Translations under genes and position numbers: made by a program
Shown: positions 28,872-40,221 of the stretch, one piece after another
Layout: every line of letters begins with the position of its first letter
How positions within the stretch are numbered: position 1 is the first letter of the stretch
Assembly: GCA_963809895.1 (NCBI GenBank)
Contig: CAWELD010000003.1
Location: 2,848,001-2,912,000, forward strand
DNA from: an uncultured Gemmatimonadales bacterium
Lineage (GTDB): Bacteria > Gemmatimonadota > Gemmatimonadetes > Longimicrobiales > Gaopeijiaceae
DNA: 64,000 bases
Direction: 5' to 3'
The notes under the pieces: model-generated
What the model was told of the DNA's origin: nothing
Database searches by the model: none
What the model saw: the letters and a program-made list of their open reading frames with translations, nothing else

Positions 28872-30233
28872 ATGCCACGTCTGTCCGCCGGTCCGCCGCT
28901 CGCCGCCATGACTCTCGTCGCCGCGCTGGGCATCCCCACCGGACTCGGGGCCCAGGAGCCGGATCCCGTCAACGAGGCCGCCATCCACTGGGTCGAGCTG
29001 CTGAAGGCCGAGCAGTTCGATTCCGCCGCGTCGTTGGTGGCTCCCAGCCTTCAGGATCGCCTGGGTTCGACGCAGCTCCAGGAACTGTGGTCCCAGCTCT
29101 CGGCGCAGTTCGGCGAGCTTCAGGAGCTCGCGCCGGGCAGCCGCAGCCAATCGTCCGGCTACGAGATCGCCGACCTGGCCGCCACCTTCGCCAACGGCGC
29201 GTACACGGTGCGAGTGGTCCTGGACGACGACATGAAGGTGGGGGGGTTCTTCATCCGCCCACCGGAGGGCGGCGGTGGCGCCGAAATACCGGAGTGGACG
29301 GCGCCCGCCTATGCCGATCCGAACGCCTTCGTGGAGAGCGACGTGAAGGTCGGGCGCGAGCCCTGGCTTCTGGACGGCACCCTCACCCTGCCGGTGGGCG
29401 AAGGCCCGGTGCCGGGCATCGTGCTGGTCCACGGCTCGGGACCCCAGGACCAGGACGAGACCATCGGCCCGAACAAGGTGTTCAAGGATCTCGCCTGGGG
29501 CCTGGCTTCAGACGGGATCGCCGTGTTGCGCTACGAGAAGCGCACCCATGCCTACGGCAGCCGCATGGCCGCCGAGGGTGACGTCAATCTCGATGCGGAG
29601 GTGATCCAGGACGCCCTGTCCGGCATCGACGTCCTGCGTGCCCACCGCGAGGTGAATCCCCGGGCCATCTTCGTTCTGGGACACTCCCTGGGCGGCACCA
29701 TGGCACCGGAGATCGCACGCCGCGACCACCGCCTCGCGGGCATCGTGATCATGGCGGGCTCGGCCCGGCCCTTCACCGAGATCGTCCGCGCGCAACTCGA
29801 CTATCTGAGGGGCCTGCCCGAGAACGGCTCGGCCCAGGCCCAGCAGCAGATCGACGACATTCTCGCCACCCTGGACCGCTACGACGCCGGGCAGCTCGAC
29901 GACACCGCCTCCATCATGGGCGCTCCGGTCTCGTACGTTCGCGAGTTGGAGGCCCGGGACCCGGTGGGCACCCTGGCGGCCATCGACACGCCGGCACTGC
30001 TCCTGCAGGGCGGACGGGACTACCAGGTCACCATGGGCGAGGACTTCCAGCTGTGGCAGAACGGGCTGAAGGGGAGAGCCAACACGACGTTCCTGAGCTA
30101 TCCGAGCCTGAGCCACCTCTTCACCCCCGGAGAGGGCATGGCCACGCCCACCGAGTACGCCACCGAGCGCAAGCACGTCTCCGGTAAGGTGATCCACGAC
30201 ATCGCCGACTGGATCCGGCAGACCGCCGGCTGA
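28872..30233 (+). CDS. Secreted alpha/beta hydrolase with N-terminal DUF3887-like domain
   Basis: VHGSGPQDQD, GHSLGG nucleophile elbow, QGGRDYQV and SHLF. Confidence 0.88.
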   Translation: MPRLSAGPPLAAMTLVAALGIPTGLGAQEPDPVNEAAIHWVELLKAEQFDSAASLVAPSLQDRLGSTQLQELWSQLSAQFGELQELAPGSRSQSSGYEIADLAATFANGAYTVRVVLDDDMKVGGFFIRPPEGGGGAEIPEWTAPAYADPNAFVESDVKVGREPWLLDGTLTLPVGEGPVPGIVLVHGSGPQDQDETIGPNKVFKDLAWGLASDGIAVLRYEKRTHAYGSRMAAEGDVNLDAEVIQDALSGIDVLRAHREVNPRAIFVLGHSLGGTMAPEIARRDHRLAGIVIMAGSARPFTEIVRAQLDYLRGLPENGSAQAQQQIDDILATLDRYDAGQLDDTASIMGAPVSYVRELEARDPVGTLAAIDTPALLLQGGRDYQVTMGEDFQLWQNGLKGRANTTFLSYPSLSHLFTPGEGMATPTEYATERKHVSGKVIHDIADWIRQTAG

Positions 30234-30320
30234 GCCGGCGCCAGCCCCACGGCGTGGACCGTGGGGCGTGGCCCCCGTAGGTTGGCGAGCATCGGCAACC
30301 ACCCACCCGGAGCCTCATCC

Positions 30321-31430
30321 ATGCGCCGCTGCCGCCTCGCCGTCACCACCCTCCTCTTCGCGCTGCTCGCCGCGGGCGCGGTCCAGGCGCAATCCGCCAC
30401 CGAGGCCGTCTACCCCGGCACCACCTGGGAGCGCGTCGACCGCGACGGCCTGCGCGACTACGGCTGGTCGCCCGAGGACCTGCGTCGGACCTTCGAGTTC
30501 ATCCGGGACAGCGCCAACACCACCGGGCTCGTGGTGGTGGACCGGGGGCGGGTCGTCTTCACCTACGGCGACATCGAAGAGCTCAGCTATCTGGCCTCGG
30601 TGCGGAAGAGCATCCTGTCCATGCTGTACGGCAAATGGGTGGAGAACGGCACCATCGACCTGGACGCCACCCTGGCGGACATGGGGATGGACGACGTGGG
30701 TGGCCTTCTGGACGTAGAGAAGCGCGCCACGATCCACGACCTCGTCACCGCGCGCTCGGGGGTCTATCACGCGGCCTCCAACGGAGGCGACGATCTCGCC
30801 TCCGCCCCCGAGCGGGGATCCCAGGAGCCGGGCACCTACATGCTCTACAACAACTGGGATTTCAACGCCGCCGGTGCCGCCTTCGAGCTCGCCACCGGAC
30901 GAGACATCTACGACGAGCTCGGTGAGCAGCTCGCCGGCCCCCTGCAGTTCCAGGACTGGGACCGCAGCGCCCAGCACAAGAGCGGGAACCTGGAGATCTC
31001 CCGGAATCCCGCCTACCACTTCTGGCTGTCCACGCGCGACATGGCCCGCATCGGCTACCTCATGCTGCGCGAAGGGGAGTGGAACGGCGATCAGATCGTG
31101 TCAGGGGATTGGATCCACCGCATCACCGGCGTCTTCACGCCTCTCGAGGAGATGCATCCGCTCAGCCGGCGCGACGGCTACTTCGGATACGGCTACATGT
31201 GGTGGGTGTGGGACGGCCCCCGCGCGGTGGGCCCCTTCGAGGGCGCCTACACGGCGCGCGGCGCCATCGGGCAGTGGATCACCGTGCTTCCCGCCGTGGA
31301 CATGGTGATCGCCCACAAGACGAACTCCGTCTATTCCCGCACCACGAGCTGGGAGTCCTGGCAGCGCATGATCGAGCTTCTGTTCGAGGCCCACGGGGTG
31401 GCCATGCCCGGGCCGTATCCCTGGGGATGA
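30321..31430 (+). CDS. Serine hydrolase (beta-lactamase/S12 family)
   Basis: SVRK (SxxK), YNN and ARDMAR-like motifs; signal peptide. Confidence 0.88.
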   Translation: MRRCRLAVTTLLFALLAAGAVQAQSATEAVYPGTTWERVDRDGLRDYGWSPEDLRRTFEFIRDSANTTGLVVVDRGRVVFTYGDIEELSYLASVRKSILSMLYGKWVENGTIDLDATLADMGMDDVGGLLDVEKRATIHDLVTARSGVYHAASNGGDDLASAPERGSQEPGTYMLYNNWDFNAAGAAFELATGRDIYDELGEQLAGPLQFQDWDRSAQHKSGNLEISRNPAYHFWLSTRDMARIGYLMLREGEWNGDQIVSGDWIHRITGVFTPLEEMHPLSRRDGYFGYGYMWWVWDGPRAVGPFEGAYTARGAIGQWITVLPAVDMVIAHKTNSVYSRTTSWESWQRMIELLFEAHGVAMPGPYPWG

Positions 31431-32278
31431 CCGCCCTGCACCTGGCCGTGCTCCTGTTCGGCGCGGCCGGGCTCTTCGGCAAGCTCGTGCCCCTGCCGGC
31501 CGTGACCCTGGTCCTGGGCCGGGTGATCTTCGCGTCCCTCTCTCTCGGACTCCTCCTGGGATTCAGGGGGACGCCTCTTCTCCCCGACAGCCGGCGCGAG
31601 GCCCTGCGCCTGTTCGTGCCCGGGGCGCTCCTGACGCTCCATTGGGTGGCCTTCTTCCGGGCGATCCAGCTCTCCACGGTGGCCGTGGGCCTCCTCACCT
31701 TCGCCACCTTCCCGATCTTCACCGCGTTTCTGGAGCCGCGCCTGGGCGGAGACGACTTCCGTTGGCGCGACGCCGCCGCGGCGCTCGTGACCTTCGCCGG
31801 CGTGGCGCTGGTGGTGCCTCGCTTCGATCTGGCCGCGGCCGCCACCCGGGGGGCGCTGTGGGGCGTCGGCTCCGGCCTGTCCTTCGCGTTTCTGAGCATC
31901 GTCAACCGCCGCCTGGTACAGCGCCGGTCCAGCCTCGTGGTGGCCTTTCATCAGGATCTGGTGGCTGCCGTCCTGTTGGTGCCGACCCTGGTCTGGATTC
32001 ACCCCTCGCCCTCCCCCCGGGACCTGGTCCTGCTGGTGCTGCTGGGCACGGTGTTCACGGCGCTGGCCCACAGCCTCTTCATCCGGGGACTGCGTACCGT
32101 CGAGGCCCGCACCGCCAGCATCGTCACGACGCTGGAGCCTCTCTACGGGATCCTCCTGGCCGCCCTCCTCCTGGGGGAGGTTCCGGGCCCGCGCATCCTG
32201 GCCGGGGGAGGACTCATCCTCGCGGCGACGGCCTGGGTTACGCTGCGAACGCCGCCGACCCCGGTATCACCAGGTTAG
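31427..32278 (+). CDS. DMT/EamA-family transporter
   Basis: About 10 TM helices, two EamA repeats, LEPLYGILLAALLLGE; ATGA overlap. Confidence 0.88.
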   Translation: MTALHLAVLLFGAAGLFGKLVPLPAVTLVLGRVIFASLSLGLLLGFRGTPLLPDSRREALRLFVPGALLTLHWVAFFRAIQLSTVAVGLLTFATFPIFTAFLEPRLGGDDFRWRDAAAALVTFAGVALVVPRFDLAAAATRGALWGVGSGLSFAFLSIVNRRLVQRRSSLVVAFHQDLVAAVLLVPTLVWIHPSPSPRDLVLLVLLGTVFTALAHSLFIRGLRTVEARTASIVTTLEPLYGILLAALLLGEVPGPRILAGGGLILAATAWVTLRTPPTPVSPG

Positions 32279-32351
32279 CCACGGTGCACCGTCGATCCCA
32301 GCAGCCAGGCTCCCTGACCGCGTCCTCGTCCCTCGCTCCCCCCGTGCCGCC

Positions 32352-34281
32352 GTGTTGATCTTCGCCTTCTCCGTTGCCGCCTCCCTGACGCTGGGCTCCA
32401 CGCCCGACACCACGGCCTACGAGGTGCTGAACCACGGGCGCCACGCCGGCGACATGATCGTGGTGCGCCAGGCCGACACCGTCCACGTCCGCTACATCTA
32501 CCGGGACCGCAACCGGGGCACGCGCCGCGAGGTCCTCTACCACATGGCCCCCGACGGGGGCGTCGCCGGCGCGGCGTCCGCCGTCGTGGACGCCGACGGC
32601 CAGGCCCGAGATCCCGACGAACGCTTCGTGGTGGAGGGCGACCGGGTGCGGTGGACCCGCAACGGGCGCGCCGACTCGGCCTCGGCCGAAGAACGGAGCG
32701 CTCTACGACCTCGGCGGCGACACTCCCTTCGATCGGGCGGCGCTGGCCAGGTCGCTGCTACGGCATCCCGACGGCCGAGCTCCCCTGCTTCCGTCGGGAG
32801 AGGCCCAGGCATGGGTGGCGGCCGACACGGCGCTGGCAGGGGGCGACGACGGGCGCCTCCGCTTCGTGCTGGTACGAGAGACCACGGGCTCGGAGGCCCA
32901 GGGGCGCTGGACCGACGAATGGGGGGTGTGGCTGGACTCCGAAGGGCGTCTGGTGGCCACCGACGCCGGCTGGTTCATCACCGTGCTGGAGGGCAGACAG
33001 GCGCTGCTCCCGGCGCTCCGGGCCATGGAGACCCGGGTGCGCGAGGTCCGCGCCCAGGAGCTGGAGCAGGCCGTTCGGCAACCCGTGGCGGGGCAGCTGG
33101 TGATCGCCGGCGGCGACGTGTTCGACAGCGAGAGCGGCACGGTCCTGCCCGACATGACGGTGGTGGTCGAGGACGACCGCATCACCCGCGTGGTCCCGGC
33201 CTCGGACTACCAGGCGCCCGCCGACGCCACCGTGGTGGACGCCCGCGGCCGCACCGTGCTGCCGGGACTGTGGGACATGCACGTGCACCTGAACTTCGGC
33301 AGCCAGACCGTCGGCATGGTGACCAAGCTCGCTGCGGGCGTCACCAGCGCCCGGGACATGGCCTCGGACCTGGACGTGGCACTCTCCCACCGCCGGCGCG
33401 CCGACCAGGGCACCATCGCCTCGCCCCGCATGCTCCTGGCCGGCTTCATGGAGGGTCCCGGAGCCTGGGCGGGCCCCACCGAGGTGCTGGTGCGGGACGA
33501 GGCCGAGGCGCTGCGCTGGGTGGCGCGCTACGACTCGCTGGGCTACCGACAGATCAAGCTCTACAACCTCATCCACCCGGACCTCGTGCCCACCATCTCC
33601 CGGGAAGCGCACCGCCGGGGCATGCGGCTGAGCGGACACATCCCCCGCGGGCTCAGCCTCGAGGCCGCCGTGGAGCTCGGCTACGACGAGGTGAACCACG
33701 CGGCGTTCCTCTTCTCCACCTTCTTTCCCGACTCGCTGTTCGTGCCCACCATGCGTCCCTACTCGGGAGTGGCGTCGGCGGTGGCGGGGGATTTCGATGT
33801 CGACGGTCCCGCCATGAACGGCCTGCTCGAGTTCCTGAAGGACCACGGCACGGTGGTGGACGGCACCTTCGCCATCTGGGAAGGATGGGGGATGCTGGAC
33901 GGCCAGGGGCCGCCCTCCGCCCACGCCTATGAACGGCTGCTCCGACGCCTCTTCGAGGAGGGGGTCACGCTGGTCCCGGGCACCGACGCGGCCAGCGGCA
34001 CCCAGCTCCTCGTCGAGTTGGAGCTGTACGAGCACGCCGGCATCCCCGCCCCCGAGGTGCTGCGCATCGCGACCCTGATCCCGGCCACCGTCATGGGCGA
34101 GGCCGCGGACTACGGAAGCGTGACCGCGGGCAAGATCGCGGATCTCGTCATCGTCGACGGCCGTCCCGCCGAACACATCCGTGACCTGCGACGGACGGAG
34201 TGGGTGGTGCGCGCCGGGCGTCTCTACCGGTCGGAGGATCTTTATCGCGCGGCGGGCGTCGTGCCTCCGCCGCACCCGTGA
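32352..34281 (+). pseudogene. Secreted amidohydrolase, split by a +1 frameshift near 32690 (pseudogene or sequence error)
   Basis: The N-terminal part (signal peptide) is in frame 32352. The catalytic part (PGLWDMHVH, IKLY, SGH, GTD, GKIADLVIVDG) is in frame 32815, which stays open back past 32701. Confidence 0.75.
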
Positions 34282-34288
34282 GCGATTC

Positions 34289-35947
34289 CTACTGCTTCGT
34301 GACCGTCACGGTCCCCACGGCGGTCCCGCCGCCGGTGAAGTAGACGGTGAAGTCGGCCGTGTGGCTGCTGGCGCTGTTGGTCCCCGAGTAGTCCCAGGCA
34401 TCGATGCCGCTGGTGGGTACGGACACGCTGGACAGGTCGAACGAGCCCGGCGCCAGGTCGAACTGCACCGGTCCGTGCGAGGGTGAGGTGTAGTCCACCA
34501 TCATCGTCTCGGCCTTCAGGGTGCCCACGATGGTCATGGGCGGCGGATCCGACGTGCCGAACACGAACCCGTCCACGTCCAGGATCAGCGTGGCCTTCAG
34601 ATTGTCGACGTCGATGGTCAGCGTGGCGTTGATCGCGCCCGTGGACGCATAGGTCGTATTGGTCCAGCTCCCGGCCCACGTTCCGGCCCACTGGGTCCAG
34701 TCGATGGTGGAGGTGAGGTCGGCCGTGCCCTCGATGCCGTCGACGCTGGCCGTGATGGTCACCGCCCCCGGCGCCAGCGTGGTCACCAGCCCGTCTCCGT
34801 CCACCGTGGCCACGCTCTCGTCGGAGCTGCTCCACGCGAGCGTCTCGCCCTGGAGCTCGTTGTCGCCCGCGTCCAGCGCCTTGCCGGACATCTGGACCGT
34901 CCCCCCGGACACGACGCCCAGCACCGGGGTCGTGACCACCACGGAAGCGACGGTGTTCTGGACGGTGATGGCCGCGGTGCCCTCCACACCCTCCGAGGTC
35001 GCCGTGACGGTGGCGGATCCTTCGGCCATGCCCGTCACCAGGCCCTCGTCGTCCACGGTGGCCACCGCGTCGTCGGAGCTCGCCCAACCAACGTCCCGCT
35101 CCAGGGCATCGCCGTTCGCGTCGCGGGGCGTGGCCGTGAGGGCGACGCTGCCGCCGACGCCGATCTGCGCCTCGGCGGGATCGACGGTCACCGAGGCCAC
35201 CGGGATCCGCACCGTGACGGTGCTGCTGCCCTGCGCCCCCTCGCTGGTGGCCGTCACCGTGGTGGCGCCTTCGCCCTGGCCGGTGACCAGGCCGTCGGCA
35301 TCCACGGTGGCCACCGCTTCGTCGCCGCTGCTCCAGGTCACTTCGCGGTCGAGCAGTTCCAGGCCGTCCGCCGACTTCGGGTGCGCGGTGAGCTGACCGG
35401 TCGCTCCCAGGTCGACGGCGAGCTCGGCCGGGGTCACGTCCACGCCCGCCACGTGCGGCCCCAGCACGCCGTAGACGCTGAAGCTGTTGATGGACCCGCT
35501 CACGGTATTGCTGCCGGCGTCGACGGTGCTGCCCTGCACCTCTTCCCAGCCACCGCTCACGGCCTTATAGAGCCCCAGCTCCTGCTCGCGCACGCCCGCC
35601 GGCAACTGGCCGGGATCATAGCCCAGGGTGAGACCCACGGGCTGCGAGAACTGGGTGCCGTCGGGCCCCAGATCACGATCCGAGCCACCGACCAGGAAAT
35701 CGTCGGCGGGGCCCCCACCCAGCTGCACGGTCACCGTCAGGTCCGACGACACGGCGCCGGCCGGGAACACCAGCACGACCCCGCCGTTCTGAAAGGAGAG
35801 CGTACCGCCGTCGGGTCCCACCGTGTCTTCCGGCCCCTCGGGTCCCGACGGAGACCCGTCGTCTCCCCCGCACGCCTGCACGAGGACGAGCGGAGCGAGG
35901 AGCGTGAGCAGGCCGGCAAGCGCGCGGAAAGCCCGGGAGCGGATCAT
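34289..35947 (-). CDS. Lipoprotein with a ZU5-like domain and three Big_2 (Ig-like) repeats
   Basis: Lipobox LVQAC; VGPDGGTL...FPAGAV...LGPDGTQFSQPV; three W-x-S-x-D-x-x-VATVD-x-x-GLVT repeats. Confidence 0.8.
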   Translation of the reverse strand: MIRSRAFRALAGLLTLLAPLVLVQACGGDDGSPSGPEGPEDTVGPDGGTLSFQNGGVVLVFPAGAVSSDLTVTVQLGGGPADDFLVGGSDRDLGPDGTQFSQPVGLTLGYDPGQLPAGVREQELGLYKAVSGGWEEVQGSTVDAGSNTVSGSINSFSVYGVLGPHVAGVDVTPAELAVDLGATGQLTAHPKSADGLELLDREVTWSSGDEAVATVDADGLVTGQGEGATTVTATSEGAQGSSTVTVRIPVASVTVDPAEAQIGVGGSVALTATPRDANGDALERDVGWASSDDAVATVDDEGLVTGMAEGSATVTATSEGVEGTAAITVQNTVASVVVTTPVLGVVSGGTVQMSGKALDAGDNELQGETLAWSSSDESVATVDGDGLVTTLAPGAVTITASVDGIEGTADLTSTIDWTQWAGTWAGSWTNTTYASTGAINATLTIDVDNLKATLILDVDGFVFGTSDPPPMTIVGTLKAETMMVDYTSPSHGPVQFDLAPGSFDLSSVSVPTSGIDAWDYSGTNSASSHTADFTVYFTGGGTAVGTVTVTKQ

Positions 35948-36051
35948 TCCGGTATCCTGTGGGGAGGGACACGAAGACTCGTCTCGTTCCAAGTTGAGCC
36001 TCTCCGCCCGCGCCAGACAACCGTGTCGCCTCCGGCGGTGGCCCCGACCCC

Positions 36052-36743
<692 letters not shown>

Positions 36744-36747
<4 letters not shown>

Positions 36748-37877
36748 GGGCGGAACACCTCGCCCGGATAGACCCGCCGGAGCTTCCAGAGTGGCAACCA
36801 CGCCGCCAGCATCCCCAGCACCAGCGCTCCCAGAACCGTCGCCGGCACCGTCCACGGCCCGGCCGCGAAGGCGATCTCGGGCATGACGCTCCGGGCCACC
36901 AGGGCGGCGCATGCATACACGAGGACACCGGCGCCCAGCCCGCACACGACGGTGAAGAAGGCCTGGCGCAGGACGAGGCCGTCCACCCAGCGTGACCCGG
37001 CACCCACCGCCTTCAGGAGCGCGTAGTCCTCGCGGCGTTCCAGAACCCCACCGTACAGCAGCAGTGACAGGATCACTCCGCCCACCACGACCCCGAACAC
37101 GGTCAGCGTCCAGAGCAGCGGCAGCACGCCGGTGCGCATCTCGGCCACGTTGTTCGCGCTGAACTCGGCCTGCGTGAAGGTGTTGAGCTCGTCGAAACGA
37201 GCTCGCAGCGTGTCGGTGACCGTGCGCGCCGTGGTCCCGGACGTGGCCTGCACCAGCAGGTAGCTGACGATGCCCTCGAAGCCCAGGAGCCGCTGCGCGT
37301 CAGGGAGCGTGGCGAAGGCGAACTGGGTGACCAGAGCGTTGGTGCCGGAGGTGAGACCTCCGACGCGGAAGGTCAGGCCCTGGACCTCGATGGAGTCGCC
37401 CATGGTGAGGCCGTAGCGAGCCGCCAGCGCACGGTCCACGAGCAGCGTGCCCGGCTCCGGCGTCGGCTGGCCCGCCACCACGGTGGGACGCGTGGCGTCG
37501 GCCCGCGGATCGATCCCCAGGATGAAGAAGGTGGCCCGGCGACCCCGGATGCGCGTGCTGGCGATGACCCGCAGAAGGGGATCCACCCGACCGACCCCGG
37601 GAATGGTCCGCAGCCCCTCCGCCATCTCCTCCTGCATGTACGAGACACTGCGCACCAGGTTGGTGGAGTTCCGGTGCATGACCCATGCGTCCACGGGCCG
37701 GGCCGCCACGTAACCGTTGCCCTCCAGCAGAGCGCCCTGGTAGACGGTGAAGAGGAAGAGAACGAGACCCACCGTCATGCCCACCCCGGCCACGGTGAGC
37801 CCGAAGCGGGCCCGGTCGTGCACCAGCATGCGGCGCCCGACCGGTACGCGGCCGCCGAGCCCCGGCAGCGAGCTCAA
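36744..37877 (-). CDS. ABC permease (MacB/FtsX type)
   Basis: TM1, a large periplasmic domain, three C-terminal TMs, and ERREDYALLKAVGA. Confidence 0.88.
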
Positions 37878-37907
37878 GACCGGTGCATCCCGCCGGAGCG
37901 GGACCCG

Positions 37908-39761
37908 TCAGTCACCACCCCACCGGTTGTCGTCCCGATTCACGTCGGGCATGAATCGGTCGGGATCGATGACCACCGAGGTCACCTCACCGTCGACGGT
38001 GAGCTGGATACGGTGGTCCTGCCAGGCGTCCACGTCCTGACGCAGCCGCTGCAGGGTGCCGTCGGCGGTCTCGACCAGGAGGAGGACCGGCATGGGGATC
38101 GAACCCCGGTCCTCGAGCACGATGGTCGATTCCTCCGAACCCGGGCGCACCTCGGCCACCGCCTGGTCCAGCACCCGGGTGGTGTACATCCACGGATAGA
38201 AGAACCAGTCCAGATCCTCACCGCTGACATCCTCGAAGGTCCAGAAGAGGTCCAGGGGGTCGGGGTGCTTGAACGCCCAGCGGCGGGTGTACTCCCGCAG
38301 CGCGCGATCGAAGATCTCCTGACCCAGCACCGCGCGCAGGGCGCGCATGACCGACGCCGGCTTGCCGTAGGAGGCCATCCCCCGATTGCCGAAGGGGCCG
38401 TAGAGATCCGCATGCCGCATGCTGGGCGTCTCACGGTCCGACCCCGCCAGGCGAACGTAGCCGTTCATGTCGTTGAGCCCACCGTCGGTTCCGAAGAGCT
38501 CCTGGCTCGACAGGTTCTCGGCGAAGGAGGCGAGGCCCTCGTCCATCCACGCGTGCGCCTTCTCGTTGGACCCCACCACCATGGGCCACCACATGTGCCC
38601 CAGCTCGTGGGCAATCACGCTGTAGAGCGAGGCGGGCGTCCGGCCTCCGCCGATGATGGTGATCATGGGATACTCCATCCCCCCGCCGATCACCCCTTCG
38701 TTCACCGTGGCCTGGGGATACGGGTACGGGAACCAGGTGGAATGGCTCTCGATGGCGTGGCGCGCGAACTCCGCCGACTGGCTCCAGTTCGACTGATCGG
38801 GCCGGTACAGCGTCTGGATCAGGGGATGCCGCCGCACCTGGGGTCCATCCGAGTAGTCGGCCATGGTGGCGTCCCAGACGTACTCGTCCGAGGCGCCCCA
38901 GGCGAAATCGCGCACGTTGCGCGCCGTGAAGTGCCAGGTGAGCAAGCCGTCGTCACCCCCGTCGCGGGTGGAGCGGCCCGCATCCCGGTCTTCGGTGGAC
39001 ACCACGTGCACGATGCTGTCGGTAGAGGCGTCGTTGAGCCGCGCCATGGCCTCGGGACGGAGCACCTGAGATGCGTTCTGCAGCTCGCCCGACGCGCCCA
39101 CCAGCCATCCCTCGGGCACCGTCACCTCCACGTCGAAGTCCCCGTACTCGAGATAGAATTCGCCGTCGCCCATGTAGGGGTCCCGCACCCAGCCCACAAG
39201 GTCGTCGTAGACCGCGATCTGCGGGTACCACTGCCCGAGGAAGAACACCTCGTGGCCCACCCGACCCATGCGAAACGTCCCTTCCGGCACGGTGAAGGAC
39301 CACGTGGCCTGGAGCTCGACGGTGGCGCCGGGAGCCAACGGACGGGCCAGCGGCAGGCTCAGCACCGTGGGCAGAGAGCGGCCGGTCGGTGCGGACACCT
39401 CCACGACGTTTCCACCCAACACGACCCGCTCCAGCGTGATGCCTCCGGTGATGGGAACCGTGCGATTCCTCACGTTGCCCGGCGCGAACACGTTCTGGCC
39501 CAGGTTGAGCACGATCTGGTTCAGGGTGTCCGGCGAGTTGTTCGTGTAGCGAACGCTCTCCTCGCCGCGCAGGAGCGCGGCCACCGGATCCAGGCCCGCG
39601 CGGATCGCGTATGCCACCCTCTGCTGCCAATATCTCGGGCCCGGGGCTCCGGTGCGGGCCCGGGTGCCGGCGGCCAGCGCCTGTTGGTAGGCGTGGGGAA
39701 CGGGCAATGTGTCGGCGGGCTGACCCAGGGCCAACCCGGCCAGAAGCAGAAATCTGATCAC
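37908..39761 (-). CDS. Secreted M1-family zinc aminopeptidase (paralog of 11258..13195)
   Basis: GTG 39761 after GGAGG; GGMEYP, HELGH and WMDEG. Confidence 0.9.
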   Translation of the reverse strand: MIRFLLLAGLALGQPADTLPVPHAYQQALAAGTRARTGAPGPRYWQQRVAYAIRAGLDPVAALLRGEESVRYTNNSPDTLNQIVLNLGQNVFAPGNVRNRTVPITGGITLERVVLGGNVVEVSAPTGRSLPTVLSLPLARPLAPGATVELQATWSFTVPEGTFRMGRVGHEVFFLGQWYPQIAVYDDLVGWVRDPYMGDGEFYLEYGDFDVEVTVPEGWLVGASGELQNASQVLRPEAMARLNDASTDSIVHVVSTEDRDAGRSTRDGGDDGLLTWHFTARNVRDFAWGASDEYVWDATMADYSDGPQVRRHPLIQTLYRPDQSNWSQSAEFARHAIESHSTWFPYPYPQATVNEGVIGGGMEYPMITIIGGGRTPASLYSVIAHELGHMWWPMVVGSNEKAHAWMDEGLASFAENLSSQELFGTDGGLNDMNGYVRLAGSDRETPSMRHADLYGPFGNRGMASYGKPASVMRALRAVLGQEIFDRALREYTRRWAFKHPDPLDLFWTFEDVSGEDLDWFFYPWMYTTRVLDQAVAEVRPGSEESTIVLEDRGSIPMPVLLLVETADGTLQRLRQDVDAWQDHRIQLTVDGEVTSVVIDPDRFMPDVNRDDNRWGGD

Positions 39762-39825
39762 GGTTCGAGCGCCTCCGGAGGGTCGAGCGGTTGCCGTTGC
39801 AGTTGAGGGTGAGCGAGTCCGAGGG

Positions 39826-40221
39826 TCAAGGCGGCCGGACGAAGGACTCGAAGAGACGATCGAGCTCGACGGCCGGATGGTCACAGACGCCCTCGTGCAC
39901 CGGCGAGCACTGCAGCACGTCCGATCGGGGTGACGTGATCCAGTGGAAACGCTCCGAGGGCGGCGCCAGCGCCACCGGTCCCGCTTCGGCGTCACCCTGG
40001 CAGACCGCCCGCGCCGACAGCAGATAGCGCTGGAGCAGCTCCACATCGGTCTCGGGCACGCGACGCCGCAACTCGGCAGCATCGTCCAGAACGCGGATCC
40101 CGAGGTACTCGCGGGTGCGGGCGTGGAGCACGACCCCGACGTTGGTGAACGCGCCGAGATGAACGTGCGGCACCGCGCGCAGCACGGCGAAGGCGTAGGC
40201 GACCGAGCCCTCGGAGCTCAT
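39826..40221 (-). CDS. DUF3037 domain protein
   Basis: YAFAVLRAVP...NVGVVL...ERFHWITSPRSDVLQCSPVHEG; ATGA overlap with the kinase. Confidence 0.85.
   Translation of the reverse strand: MSSEGSVAYAFAVLRAVPHVHLGAFTNVGVVLHARTREYLGIRVLDDAAELRRRVPETDVELLQRYLLSARAVCQGDAEAGPVALAPPSERFHWITSPRSDVLQCSPVHEGVCDHPAVELDRLFESFVRPP

Noticed and set aside
34700..35460. DNA repeats that might be a CRISPR or mobile repeat
   Set aside because: They are in-frame, degenerate Big_2 protein repeats; no constant repeat-spacer pattern or cas genes anywhere in the window.
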